Below, one piece after another: positions 12,274 through 24,868 of a DNA stretch of 64,000 bases; position 1 is the stretch's first letter, and each line of letters begins with the position of its first letter. The notes below the pieces were generated by a model. The model was not told where the DNA came from. It saw only the letters and a list, made by a program, of their open reading frames with translations, and searched no databases. Position numbers and translations under genes: made by a program. Source of the stretch: Vezdaea acicularis (Eukaryota); NCBI GenBank assembly GCA_026025075.1, contig JAPEUI010000020.1, forward strand, positions 124,001 through 188,000. Direction: 5' to 3'.

Positions 12274-13155
12274 CTACTCCTCCTCCCCCTCCACCGTCTC
12301 CTCCCCACCGTCGAAAAGCGACCAATCCCTAACCTCTAGCGTCTGCACAATCCTCTGCATCCACCTCTCTCCTTCTTCCCTGCCCTCCACTCCCTCCTTC
12401 CCCTCAGCTCCCAGCGGGATATTAACACAAACCAACAAATCCGTCCCCCACCCTGCCAACCGCACGAGCAAGACCCACATATCGACTCCTCTAGCGAGTT
12501 CTTCTTCTCGCTGGAGACGTCCGCCGTGCAAGGGTTCTGCGTCTGGGGGTGGGGGGTGGGGGGAGGTGTGGAGGCTGCAGAGGTAGGCGGGGGTGTGTGC
12601 TGGGAAGCAGGGGAGGGGGATAGGTGATGGGGAGGGGGGCGTCTCTTGTGCGGGGGAGAGGGGGTGGGGGAGCAGCATGATGCTGTTGCTTGAGAGATCG
12701 ACGATGTCGGAGATGTGGAATTCGAGGGCGGCGAGGTCTTGCTGTTCGGTTGTGGGTTCGGCGGAGGTGGGCGCTTTGGCGTTGACGGTGGTGGTGGGGG
12801 TGGGATTCTGTTGCTGGGCAGCGGGGTTGCTCGCGTTGGAGATGGTGGCCGGAGTCTGGTATTCGAGGATGTCCAGCGTGATGCTGCTGAGACTTGTGCT
12901 GGAGAGGAAGACTTCTTGGTGGGAGGGGACTTGGCGGATGTCGCTGTGAAGTGTCAGTTAAAGGCCTGTGTAGAGGGGGAGAGGTCCGATGAAAGCGGAA
13001 AAAGAAGGGGGAATGTACCTCACGTCGAGGAAGTTGGGGGGCAGATCGACGGTTATGGCGCCTCCGAACAGTGGGGTGGGTGTGCTGGAGGAGGAGGCGG
13101 TGTCTGGGGAGGGGTTCGTGTGGGGGAGGGACGTGGTGGAGGGGATGAGGACCAT
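12274..13155 (-). CDS. MOG1: Mog1/PsbP-like Ran guanine nucleotide release factor
   Basis: PLFGGAITVDLP..FLDVS|DIRQVPSHQEVF, DILE, LVRL...TDLLVCVNIP. Intron 12944-13018. Confidence 0.85.
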
Positions 13156-13652
13156 GTTTGCCGTTTTGTCGGGAGAGAGAGAGTGAGTGTGTGTGTGTGA
13201 TCGTAGATTTAGGGGGGAAAGTCCGGTGGTGTAGTAAAGAAAGCAAGGGGGTTTAGTGGGGGTGTAAATAAACGGGAGTTCGGTACCGGGGTACGCAGCA
13301 CGTCAAAACGCGGGGCAGAGAATCAAGCAAAAGCCGGCGAGGCAGAACCTTGCGAGGGTGTTGCAACGCCTTTTAAGCATAAGTTTCAGGCAACAGCGGT
13401 TAAATCGGCATTAATCAGCTATATGCACGTTGGTCGTGGGTATGCGGCCGCAACTGGCGGGGCGCTACGTGGATTGGGTGTTGGTGTTTGCAGGCAACAG
13501 CGGAATGTACCCTCTTAGAACTGGAGATCCAACGTCTAATCTGAATGTCCCTCTCTATTCGCTACCGGCGCTTGAACTCCATCCAGTGTATAGACAAGAT
13601 GCAAGGAAAGATGTGAAAGGAGCCTTGGCAAAGATGCCTACGCTAGAGAGAA

Positions 13653-14336
13653 TCATTGTATGGCTTTCGCATCGGATTGCTGTTCCTCTGCAGGGACGCT
13701 GTCCTCATCCATACCCTCGACCACGTCCTTTGTCCGCCGCCCGTTGTCCGTTCGTAAACCTATGGCTTCCTCCGCTGCCTTCTGTGAATGTGGTTCTTCC
13801 CTCAGTAGTCGTACCCTTTGCATAGCATTCCATTAGCAAGGACCCCATTTGCATATGATCGACGCGTGACTTTGTAGCTAGGGGCAATTCTGCGGTTTCC
13901 CATTGCCACGCATATCTCAGCAGAACTCAGAAACTAACCTCCTTTTATGGTTCTTGCCCCTCCGATGCTGCACCGAGCTGTTCTCGCTCTCGAACCACTT
14001 GGCGCACTCGACGCAGTACCACTGCCCGAGGCCGGGTAGGTCTTCTGTTGCCTTTGAGGTTTTGTGGAGCTCGAGGTGACGAGGGGAACGCAGGTCCGCA
14101 TGGACTTGATCAATATCCCTATTTAATAAGCTTCTGTCAGCTGTAGGCCTCAAAGAGAAGTGCTTTGCAGCTTTTGGCTGCCAGCATGCGTAAATTCACA
14201 GAAAGCCCCGCCATGATTCGCAGTCGAGCAGGCCCACTGCAAACCTCCTAGCCCATTTTGGAAGCTAGGACCCATGTGAGATCAACGTAACATACCGCGT
14301 TCTCCGCTTCGTCTTCGACCTTCGTATTGCGCCCAT
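13653..14336 (-). CDS. BUD20: C2H2 zinc-finger ribosome biogenesis protein Bud20/ZNF593
   Basis: KTKRRTR|DIDQV, EDLPGLGQWYCVECAKWF, HRRGKNHKRR|VRLLREEPHSQK. Introns 14119-14295 and 13816-13938. Confidence 0.92.
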
Positions 14337-14670
14337 AGCTGGATGCGTCAATTTGCTGGCCTGGAAGTTTCCGTGGTCTCCAGACCGAAAAAAGTTGATC
14401 TCCAGATCCGAGGGAAAATTCGAGCGCGGGTCGCTAAGCAGCTGCAAGCGACGCAATTAGCGTGGGCGCAGACGACCTGCAGACCACTCAGAAGCTTCGC
14501 ATTGCAATGATTGGCGGGCTCCGCTTTCCCGGCCAACCCCCATATCGCTAGCTGTATCTCCATAACTACTCCTCACCGAGCGTTCGTCGGAGCTCCGACA
14601 TCATTGACAACGCCTCATCGCTGTTTGTCAGAACATCCATCATTCTTGGCCTGCTTCCAATTCCTTCAAG

Positions 14671-17232
14671 ATGATCTCAACGAGGCATGTCGCCCGCCTC
14701 GGCAGGGCGCCTGGCCTCCGGAGTATACTGCCCAGGACACTGGCAACGGTGTCCGATGCTCCTCTCGATAAGAAGGTCGAGATGACCAACTGGGAGAAGG
14801 GCCATTACATCAATTACAAGTAGGACGAGGTCTGATCACTCCATTGGGATTTACAGCTGCTGACGAGTCCCGTGTCGCATTCAGGAAGATGTCCGAGAAC
14901 CTCGCAGTCGTTCGCAGTCGGCTAAACCGACCTCTGACGTTTGCCGAGAAGATCTTGTACTCACATCTCGACGACCCTCATGGCCAGGAGATAGAGCGTG
15001 GGAAGTCGTACTTGAGGCTCCGACCAGATCGGGTGGCCTGTCAAGATGCCACTGCCCAAATGGCCATCCTCCAATTCATGTCTGCAGGCATGCCAAGCGT
15101 TGCTACGCCGACCACGGTACACTGTGACCACCTTATCGAAGCCCAGATAGGCGGCGAAAAGGATTTGGCACGAGCTCAAGACATAAACAAAGAGGTCTAC
15201 GACTTCCTGTCGACAGCATGCGGTAAATACAATATTGGTTTCTGGAAACCGGGGTCCGGTATCATTCATCAAATCGTTCTCGAGAACTATGCCTTCCCCG
15301 GTGGTCTCATGATCGGTACCGACTCACACACTCCAAATGCCGGTGGTCTGGGGATGGCAGCTATTGGTGTGGGTGGGGCTGATGCCGTGGATGTTATGGC
15401 GAATCTACCATGGGAGTTAAAAGCTCCCAAGGTAATTGGCGTCAAGCTTACCGGAGCCATGTCCGGATGGACCGCACCAAAAGGTTAGAGCCCCACGTTT
15501 TTGAACCTTGGTCCTGCATGATGATGAATGGCAACTGACACTATGTGACATCTACTAGATATCATTCTCAAGGTTGCTGGCATCCTTACCGTGAAGGGTG
15601 GCACTGGTGCTATTATCGAATACCATGGACCCGGTACCAACACCCTATCATGCACCGGGATGGGTACTATCTGCAACATGGGCGCAGAAATCGGCGCCAC
15701 CACGTCGCTCTTTCCGTTCAACGACCGCATGTACGACTACTTATCGGCTACCAAGCGCAAGCACATCGGCGACTTTGCTCGAGCTTACGCCGGCGAGTTA
15801 CATGAGGACAAGGGAGCCGAGTACGACGAACTCATCGAGCTTGACCTTTCTACGCTCGAGCCTCACATCAACGGCCCGTTCACGCCGGATCTGGCAACAC
15901 CAATTTCACAGTTCAAAGAGGCAGTCAAGACGCACAAATGGCCAGAAGAATTGAAGGTTGGTCTGATCGGTTCGTGCACTAACTCATCCTACGAGGATAT
16001 GTCGCGTGCGGCGTCGATTGCCCGGGATGCTTTGAACCATGGTATCAAGGCCAAATCCACCTTCACTGTTACTCCAGGCTCCGAGCAAATCAGAGCTACC
16101 ATCGAACGGGATGGACAGCTCGAGACACTAGAGGAGTTTGGCGGTATGATCTTGGCAAACGCATGCGGCCCCTGCATTGGTCAATGGGACCGCCGCGATG
16201 TCAAGAAGGGCGAGGCAAATTCGATCATCTCATCATACAACCGTAACTTCACGGGCCGTAACGATGCTAACCCAGCAACTCATGCGTTCGTCACCTCTCC
16301 AGATATCGTCGTCGCCATGACTCTCGCCGGAACTCTCAACTTCAACCCTTTGACAGACAAGCTAAAGGATAAGGATGGTAACGAATTCCTGCTCTCTGAG
16401 CCAACTGGTGAAGGTCTCCCAGCTCGGGGATATGACCCAGGTCGAGACACCTATCAAGCACCACCCGAAGATCGCAGCACTGTCTCTGTTGCCGTTTCAC
16501 CTACTAGCGACCGACTACAAGTTCTCGAGCCATTCAAGCCATGGGATGGAAAGGACGCGCTCGACCTACCTATCCTGATCAAGGCTCAAGGAAAAACCAC
16601 CACCGACCACATCTCAATGGCTGGCCCATGGCTCAAGTACCGTGGACATCTGGACAACATCTCGAACAACATGCTTATCGGCGCCATCAATTCAGCCAAC
16701 GGCGAAGCTAACAAGGTCAAGAACTTCCAGACCGGAGGCTTTGACGCTGTGCCGGCTACGGCTCGGGAATACAAGAAGAATGGCATCCGCTGGGTTGTCA
16801 TTGGCGATTGGAATTATGGCGAGGGTAGTTCACGAGAACACGCTGCGCTTGAACCGAGGCATCTCGGAGGGCTTGCCATCATTACTAAGAGTTTTGCCCG
16901 TATCGTAAGTTCTCTCTCTCTCAAGTACAAGATAGACGCGAAGGCTATAACTCTCACTTACACCATCATAGCACGAAACCAACTTGAAGAAACAAGGCAT
17001 GCTCCCCCTTACCTTCAGCAACCCCGAAGACTACGACAAGATCCAGCCGGACGACAAAGTCGACCTTCTCTGCACAGAACTGGAAGTTGGTAAGCCATTC
17101 ACAATGGTGGTGCACCCCGCAGACGGCAGCAAGGCGTTCAATGTCGAGCTCTCGCACACTTTCAACGCGCCACAGATCGAGTGGTTCAAGAATGGAAGCG
17201 CGCTGAATACCATGGCGAAGAAGAACGCGTAG
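14671..17232 (+). CDS. ACO1: Mitochondrial aconitate hydratase
   Basis: Presequence; [51 protein letters not shown]. Introns 14820-14884, 15484-15558, 16905-16971. Confidence 0.97.
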
Positions 17233-17476
17233 ATAAGTAGATATGTGTACCAGAATTTTTCTTTGATTGTAGGGACGGCTGCAAGTATGTTTTTCGGCTG
17301 GAAGGGATGATGGGATGCGGGGAAGGGGAAGGGGACGTGTGTATCAAGCGGTTGGAGCGGTGCTAGCTTTGAATGCATATTCTCATTACCCAGAACATCT
17401 CATACTCCGCCGTGAACCCAGAACATATATGCCCAATATCAGATAAACGCCATATCAGTAACCTTCAAAGCGATAA

Positions 17477-20400
17477 CTATAGCCCACCAAGCACCTCGGC
17501 ACAAACGCCCTCCAACATCCGAAGCCCATACGCCTCCGCCACCGTCCGCGAAACCCTCACCCGCTCCACAATCTTCTCCCGATCCACACTCGCAACCCAC
17601 TCCCCCGAACACCCGCAATGCTCCATGAAGCCCTCCATGCGAACGGCGGCACACTTCCTACACTTGAGATCCTGGGTAGTCCAGAGCACGACGACCTTCT
17701 GCACGTCCGCAATCAACCTTTCCTCGATGGCAAGCCGCGAATAGGGGTGAGCGCAATGCAAGCAGTTCCAGACGGCCGCGAGGCCGCCGCCGCCGCCGGC
17801 GGTAGTTTGGGGGGGGGGCAAGAGGTCTTCGTCGCGGCAGAGATCGAGGTCGCGGACGGAGGCGCAGGATTCGCAGACGACGGCGGGGATCTTGAGGGAG
17901 GAGCTGGGGTTGCGGAAGGTGGCTTGGGGGCTGAATTCGCGGATGTCGAAGTAGGAGAGGAGGTCTTTGCGGAGGCGGCGCGCCTCGAGGTTGAGGGGTT
18001 TGTCGAGGGAGAGGATCAGGGAGAGGGATTTGGTCAGTTCGAGGACGGGGGAGGAGGATTTTTGGAGGGGGAGGTGAGAGCCCGGGTGCGAGGGGAAGAG
18101 CCAGTCCGAGGCGAGGAGGGGGTGGTTGTGTTCGTTCTTGTGGCGGGAGAGGAGGGCGCGGATTTGCTTCTTGAGGGGGAGGGTGAAGGCTTTGGGGAGG
18201 ATGGTCTTTTCCTCGTCGTCAGGGCCTGGAGTTGGTTGGGGTGCTTGCGAGGAGGTCAGTTGGCGGACAGGGAGTTGGGTTAGTCGGGGAGTGGTGGTAG
18301 AGTTGGACGCCGGGCGCTTCAGGCTGTGCATCAGGTCGATAAATTCGACTACCCATTCTGCGAAGATGGGTTGGAGGGTTGGAGGCAGGAATTGTGCGAG
18401 TTGCCAGTGCATGACGGTGTTCAGCGTCTGCTCTTCCGCAGTTACGACCTCGTGCGTAGCCTTACCGCCGTAGTTGAACTCGTCGTACCAGACCAGATAG
18501 TCCCAGTACTCTTTGATCTCTAGATCTAAAAAGTGGAACAACGGCTTTGCTTTGATGCTCTTGAGGATGTACTGGCTGTAGGCAAACGCATTTCCAACTT
18601 CCGCTTTTGTTGTCTGTAGAAGCAGGCGCTGTGGACTGGCGAAGATGACGTGTGAACCCACACGCCGGAAGTCTGTCATGAGCTGCTGGAAGGCTTTTCG
18701 GGACATCATCTGCACATAATAGTGCAGAGCGCGGTCATAGAGAAAGGAGGATGGCGACTCAACCCAACGCACGAGATGCTGCACCATGATGTCAGCCATG
18801 GCACTACCTTTGCAGGCTTCGGTCCACCAGGCTTTGACCATTTCACGCAGAACGGTAATCCCTGCTGTGGCGAAGGCACTGTCAGAATAGAGGACGTTAC
18901 TGCCGTCACTGGGGTCGTCGTCCGTGGGGGCCGCGGGGTTGAAAGAGACGGAGTCGGAGCCTTCGAGTTCGTTGATGATAGAGGAAGTTAGGATGGTGTT
19001 GATCGCGAGGTTGCGGAGGTCGAGATCAATGCATACTGAGGAGTAGGTTCCAGGGTTGTTGATGGCAGGCACTTCGACGGCTTCAAGCGGACCCAGAATA
19101 TCGTCTCGTTCATATCCCGCATGGTCCGGCAGAGGACTTGGAGACCACCATAAAACTATCTTGTTCTTTTCCAGGCGACGGGCGTACGCAATGTCGACAA
19201 TGAACCGAGCGTCGTCTCGTTCTAGGTTGCAGAGTGGAATGTCGCCGTAGCGCGCAAGTTCAACAAGGTGAGATATCCAGGCTCCTAGGGTGAGATAATG
19301 CGAGACGAGACGCTTTGCTACAAAGACTTGCCAACCTAACGGCGGCAGGTTGCTATCGGAAACATCAAAGCGTAAAGGCAGAGTTGGAAAGTCATTGAGA
19401 ACGGGTACATCATTCGTTAGCATTTGCCGCGAAGGTGATTGTATGACGAGCATCAGTGCTCTATCTTCGCCTCGAATTTTCTTGACGACGTCTCCCAGCT
19501 CAAGATGTGCCTTCCGTTTTGTCGTGACATGCCGTATTGTAAAGTGAATCTTCTCCTGATAGTCGAAAGAGTCCTGCCATTGCTGGCTTCCACTCTCCTC
19601 GAGCCGTCGACCAAGCATTTCCGAGTAAATTTTGTCGACGTTGGGAAGATTTTGCATGTCTCTAGACCTATCTAAGATCACGATGTGCGCTTGATCCTTG
19701 TTGGTTGAGAAGAGCGCGAAAATCTGTCGGTCTCCAGCGGCGACATGATAAAGGAACAGGTACCCCAAGACAGGCTGCGAGAGATATGGCTGCTCAGAGG
19801 TTGTCCTATGAAGTCCATCAAGATCGAAGCCTTGCTCGAGACCCTTGCCAAGAACCCCTTTTTGAGTTTCATCAAAGGTACAAAGGCTCCCCAGTCGCAG
19901 CACAGCCCTCATGTTCAAGGGAACTTGCTTCTCATATACGCCTTCAACACTAGGGTGGTTGAAGAGTATAGCGAACTTCTTTGCCTCTCGCACATAGATA
20001 TCTTCACTCAAAGTAAGCTTGAAAAGATGTACCGAGGGATGTCCATTGGGAAGAGTATGGTTGACTTTCTCAACATCACAACCCTCAATATCGACGTCTG
20101 GTAATTCCGCACCCTTCAAATTCAAGTATACCTGTCGAGGGACCTTTACTGTTAGGGTATGGATTCTCCTATCAATGAGCACAAACATTCGCACTTCGCC
20201 TGGTACGTCGGTGCCCCGAAGCTGCAACACTTGCCACTTGCTCACGAAAAGCATTTCCGCCTGGTTTCTGAACATGCCGCCGACTGTTGCGTCCGAGGCC
20301 GCGTTCGTTCTCTCTCCAAACAATTGCCGCCGTCGAATTCTTGCCTGTTTTTGGATCTTCCACTTCTTTTTCTGATACTTCAACCAGCCCACATAATCTT

Positions 20401-23400
20401 CTGTCATTGAAGGCATATAACTTGGAAGGCTTGCGAACGGATCTACGGGAGCAGTTGGCGGCTCAGGGGCCTTTCTCTTCTGTGTCAATTTGGTTGTTCC
20501 CCCAGTTTTAGGCTTGAGAAATGGTGTCGATCCAAAGTCCTCCAGGTCAACCATTCGATGATCTTGGAGATTGACAATCTCCGACAAAGGTCTTTGTTCA
20601 AAGAGATCGGTCATCTTCTTCTGCTTGAGCTTGTCATCCTTGATGTTGGTCCGTCTCTGTAGCCAGTCCGGATGAGCCACTCTTGGCACAGGATTTCGAA
20701 CTCCTTGCAAGGCGGCTGGTATTGTGATAAGCTTCTGAACAACTGATCCAAGGCGCTCTAAGTAGTAATTCCAATCAAGGATCGTGCGTAGATCCATATC
20801 ACCTGGATCCCCTTTCAACCATTTCCTTAGGAAAAACCTCTTGACTTGCTCATCTGCCGAAAAGATCGCAACAGGAATTGCCCGTTCGGTGACGGTAGCG
20901 TTCCTTGGTTGGTTTGCAATGATGTACTTGCAGTTGAGCCCTTTGTCCTTGATCATTTGTTCTCCAAGAAACTCCGCGAGTCGTTTCGCGGTGGTGATAG
21001 ACGTCGACTTCTGTGCCCCATACTCTTCCAAGCTCTTGGACATACTCTTGTTTTCGCAAATTAGGTTAATAAGCTCCTCATCTGCGAGTGTAGCGCCACG
21101 TTGATGAAGCACGTCAAGCCACCTATTCGCAACCGTTGCTACAGCTGCGTACGTTTCCGCCAATGTCGTGCCTTCCAAGAAGAATTTGAAAATTTGTTGC
21201 TGGAATATCTTGATAAGTTTGAGCTCCCCTCGCCGTTTGACTTCAAATCCCTTTAACTCGGCCAATGTACCGTCATCGTTGAAAACAGCATATCGCTTCT
21301 TCAAATTCTTATCCTCTTCTTTGGAAGTAGGCAATATCATTGCTTTATAAGGCCCATCTACTTCAAAGAAGATGGTGTTATCACTATGCGTGTCGTACTT
21401 GAAAGTTTGTGGGTCGACAAGCGTTTGATATTGGTGATTCGTGAATTTTGCGTGGACAAGATGATTCAACATCGTACAGGGGTAAGAAATTTCTAATTTC
21501 TTCCCCTCACCCTTGAGTTTGAAACTGAAGTCTTGCGGGAAGCTTGCGGGCAAGATGCACCAAATACCATCAGTGTCAAGCTCTAATGGTCGTCCAAGTC
21601 TCTCCACAAGCTTCCGAGCCATCTGAATGATATGAGCTCCAGTCAAACAGGTAACACCTGCCATTTCCATTGAGTACCAGCGAGAGCCTTTTCGCATCAC
21701 ATATCCATAGAAACTGTTGAGAATGACTTTGTGCGCTAGCTGCAGAGAATCAAAAAGTACAATCATCTTCTTGGCTTCTTCAACTTCAGATGCTGGTGCG
21801 CCGGCTAATTTGCGTTTCTCAGTGGTGCCCTTCCATTTCTTTTGCTCGCCTTTGAACTGATATCTTCGATCTCGAAAGTCCTTTACTGTATCAACATAGA
21901 ATGGGTTCTCTCGCTGGCAGATAATAGCCTCCCGCTCTATTGTTCTCGTCTCATGGACCTTATGGTAGATTTTTTTGCTATAGTCTTGCAGACGCTTCTT
22001 GACTATAGTTGCTTGCTCATCAGCCGAAAGATCGTGGAATGGACGCGCTGGTTGGTTGGGGTAGCGACCAGGAAAGCGCTCGTTCTCAAGGGCGCGTTTG
22101 ATCATGTTGTATTCGTCGCGTTTTGCGGGAAGAAAATCGCCCCTCCATGACCAAGGCATCCTTCGATCACAGGTTTTGCCGGGTCTATTGAAGTCGCACG
22201 CTGCACAGTCTGCCTCTTGGATCATGGAGTCAGGCTGCAGCCGGTTGGTTGTCATAATGTTAGGATACATGGATGCAACATCCAAATGGTATATCAGGGG
22301 ACACTCCTCTCGAACGGGGGTTTCCCTTAAGCTCAGCAGCATTTCCTTAATCTGCCCTTTGACTTCTTCGTAGTTTGTGACATCTTCCAAGGACTTCTTG
22401 TTTTCCACAGTGATACTGAATTGTAAAGCTGCGTCCAGATCCTTCAGTAGCTCATTAATAGCGCTTGTCTTGAGGTCAAAGCTACATGGGATATCCTTTC
22501 GGAAGACCCCAGCCTCAATACTCTCGACGTGGCCTCCCACATAAGTCTCACTTTCAAGAAGATGGCCTTCCCAAAACAACTCCTTCGGTGGTGAATGCTT
22601 GTTGGGCAAAACTATTCCTTTTTGATAGGCTTGAACCATGAGAAGCATCTCGCAAAGCGTTCCAGTACCTTTCCGGAGAACGTCATCAGGATTTAACGGA
22701 ATAATTGTGCAAAGGGAGAACACAAAGGGATGTACATATTTCATGTAAAGGTAATAAGTCGCAACAGCATCGGAGACAGAATATTCTGCGAGCGTCTGAG
22801 GCCGTTCGCTTGCGTATCTGCAATAGTGAGTAAACATAGAGAACTCAGGAATGTTGCAATGCCTTTACCTTGTCATATCTTCAGGATCTAATTCGTCTGG
22901 ATCATAGCCCAGCTTTGCGACTGTAACGGCCTTAAGACCTTGACTCCCTTGTGGCAAGTAGCTGTCTCTTTTGACCCAGCTAAAGCAATCCATATGAGTG
23001 CAGTAGTTGCTTTGGTAGACATCTTCTGAGTTTTTCCGAAAGCCTATCTCCTGATACATGTCGATGCCCAGAACGCCGGCTCTTGCTTCTATAAAAGGCC
23101 AATCGAAAAAGTCTCCGTTGTACGTAGCAATGACTGTGGGCTTGGCTTCCTTAATGTGAAGGAAGAAACGCTCTATGACGGCCTTCTCGTTTGGTTCATT
23201 AAAAATCATGAATGGACCTTCATACTCAGGCTTAGGGGTGTAGTCAAAGTCCGAGATGTCCTCAGATACGATCTCTCTATTGGTGATGAGGAATCCTTGG
23301 CCTTCTATCATATAAGAAATCATCATAACTTGATCAATAACTGCATCCGGGAATTTCAGGGGTAATTTGGTCGTCTCAATATCGTATGCCAGAACAACTG

Positions 23401-24345
23401 GCTCCGCTCGCGTAAGTCGCTCTTCTATGCATTTGAAAGTCGTAACGCCATGCTTAACTTCAACAGTATACCATTTACCAATCCGAATGTCTATGGAAGG
23501 TTAGATTTTCCATAGGATAGCGTAAACCGATACCCACCTTTATCAATGGAAACTCGCACATGGTAAGGAACATCATATTCTCGAAAATCAACAATGAAAT
23601 CGCTCGCATCTGCAATGCTAGTAGGTCGTGTATCATCATCTTCAGGCTTGTCAAAAAGATCGAAGCCAGCATTGGCACTATTCTTGTAAGCATTCCAGCT
23701 ACCCACGTGTAGGCAGGGGGGGGTAACCAACCTAGCGACCTCAGCATATGTATCCATCGCGTTCAAATTCTTTTTATTCTTTTGGGCGATTGGCATGATA
23801 ATCTTTCTCACGGAAAGTAGATCATACACGTTAGCAAAAGTCAGCTGGAGGAAGGTTCGACGGTATCCCAGAAGGTGATTTGGCATCTGAAGATCTTCCT
23901 TTTCGACCCGTACGACCTTCTTTACCAAGCCCTCAAACTTTCTCCGGCACCATTCCTCAACGTCCGCTTCCCGTCTTCGCTTGACTGCAATCAAGAAGTA
24001 TGGATCGTATTCGACAGTCGCCTTGAACGTATCGCCCTCCTCCTCCCCCAAAAAGTAAAAGTCCACACCCGCGCGACCGCCGGGTATATTCTCGTCCTCT
24101 ATTGTCGTTGAATGCATATTACATAGCCATCCCACCCGCTTCCGTCCACTCTCGTACCTAGCGAAGCCCATGGACTCATCAATTGAATGCGCCAAGCGCT
24201 GCATTTCAAGCTTCTCATCTTGGGAAGTCGATTCCGATTGCTTGATCGAGTCTGCTGTAAAGGTCTTATTCTTTCGAGGGTTATAGGAGGAGGCACCACT
24301 CCTGTAGGCTCGTTGATAGGGCTGACCGGGGCGACGTGAAGGCAT
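17477..24345 (-). CDS. POL2: DNA polymerase epsilon catalytic subunit
   Basis: Exonuclease [10 protein letters not shown]; polymerase [29 protein letters not shown]-terminal Cys clusters. Three short introns near 23.7, 23.5 and 22.85 kb. Confidence 0.97.
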
Positions 24346-24574
24346 TGCGGCCAGTTGGTGGGCGCAAGGACCGGATGCGCAGGCGCCTTTCTAGATTGAG
24401 GTCCGCCAGTTTGGAGGCGCGTCGAGTTAGACGTAGTACCTATGGATAGTGGAGAGTCTTCATTCCAGTATTTCAACAATCATTGTAGCCACTGCATCAG
24501 TTTGAGCGTCTCAATTGCGACTTCAACTTGGGGGTGTTACGCTGTTGCATAACCCTACATTAAAATTTAGGAAC

Positions 24575-24658
24575 CGCGTAAAGAGGGACGCGCTCGACGC
24601 GTGCAGTTCGGCCCCACCAATCAATGAATGCTCGGCTAATTCTCGGCACTCCGCGAAA
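24575..24658. promoter_or_regulatory. MCB-like (ACGCGT/CGCG) cluster in the POL2 promoter
   Basis: CGCGTAAA 24575, ACGCG 24588, ACGCGT 24597, CGCGAAA 24652, located 230-310 bp upstream of the POL2 ATG. Confidence 0.55.
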
Positions 24659-24868
24659 CTCACCAAAGATTGAAGGGTGCATCGATGGTGGTTTGAGATG
24701 TTGCAATCTTAATCTAGAAGCTATATCGTTGCGATCTTGACTAAGTTTTCTTAACACACAATTCAGCTTTAAGTACGCTCATGACAACCCTGACTATATC
24801 ATGCGCCAGAAACGGTAGGCGCCCACCCTTTGCCCAACCAGCAACATTATCCCTTGAATGCATGCAAA

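Noticed and set aside
15518..15540. ATGATGA...CTGA in ACO1 intron 2 as a C/D snoRNA
   Set aside because: The boxes are only about 10 nt apart and the CTGA belongs to the CTGAC branch point.
17477..22837. Possible intein in POL2
   Set aside because: Total length is normal for Pol2 and no insertion with intein splice motifs was seen.
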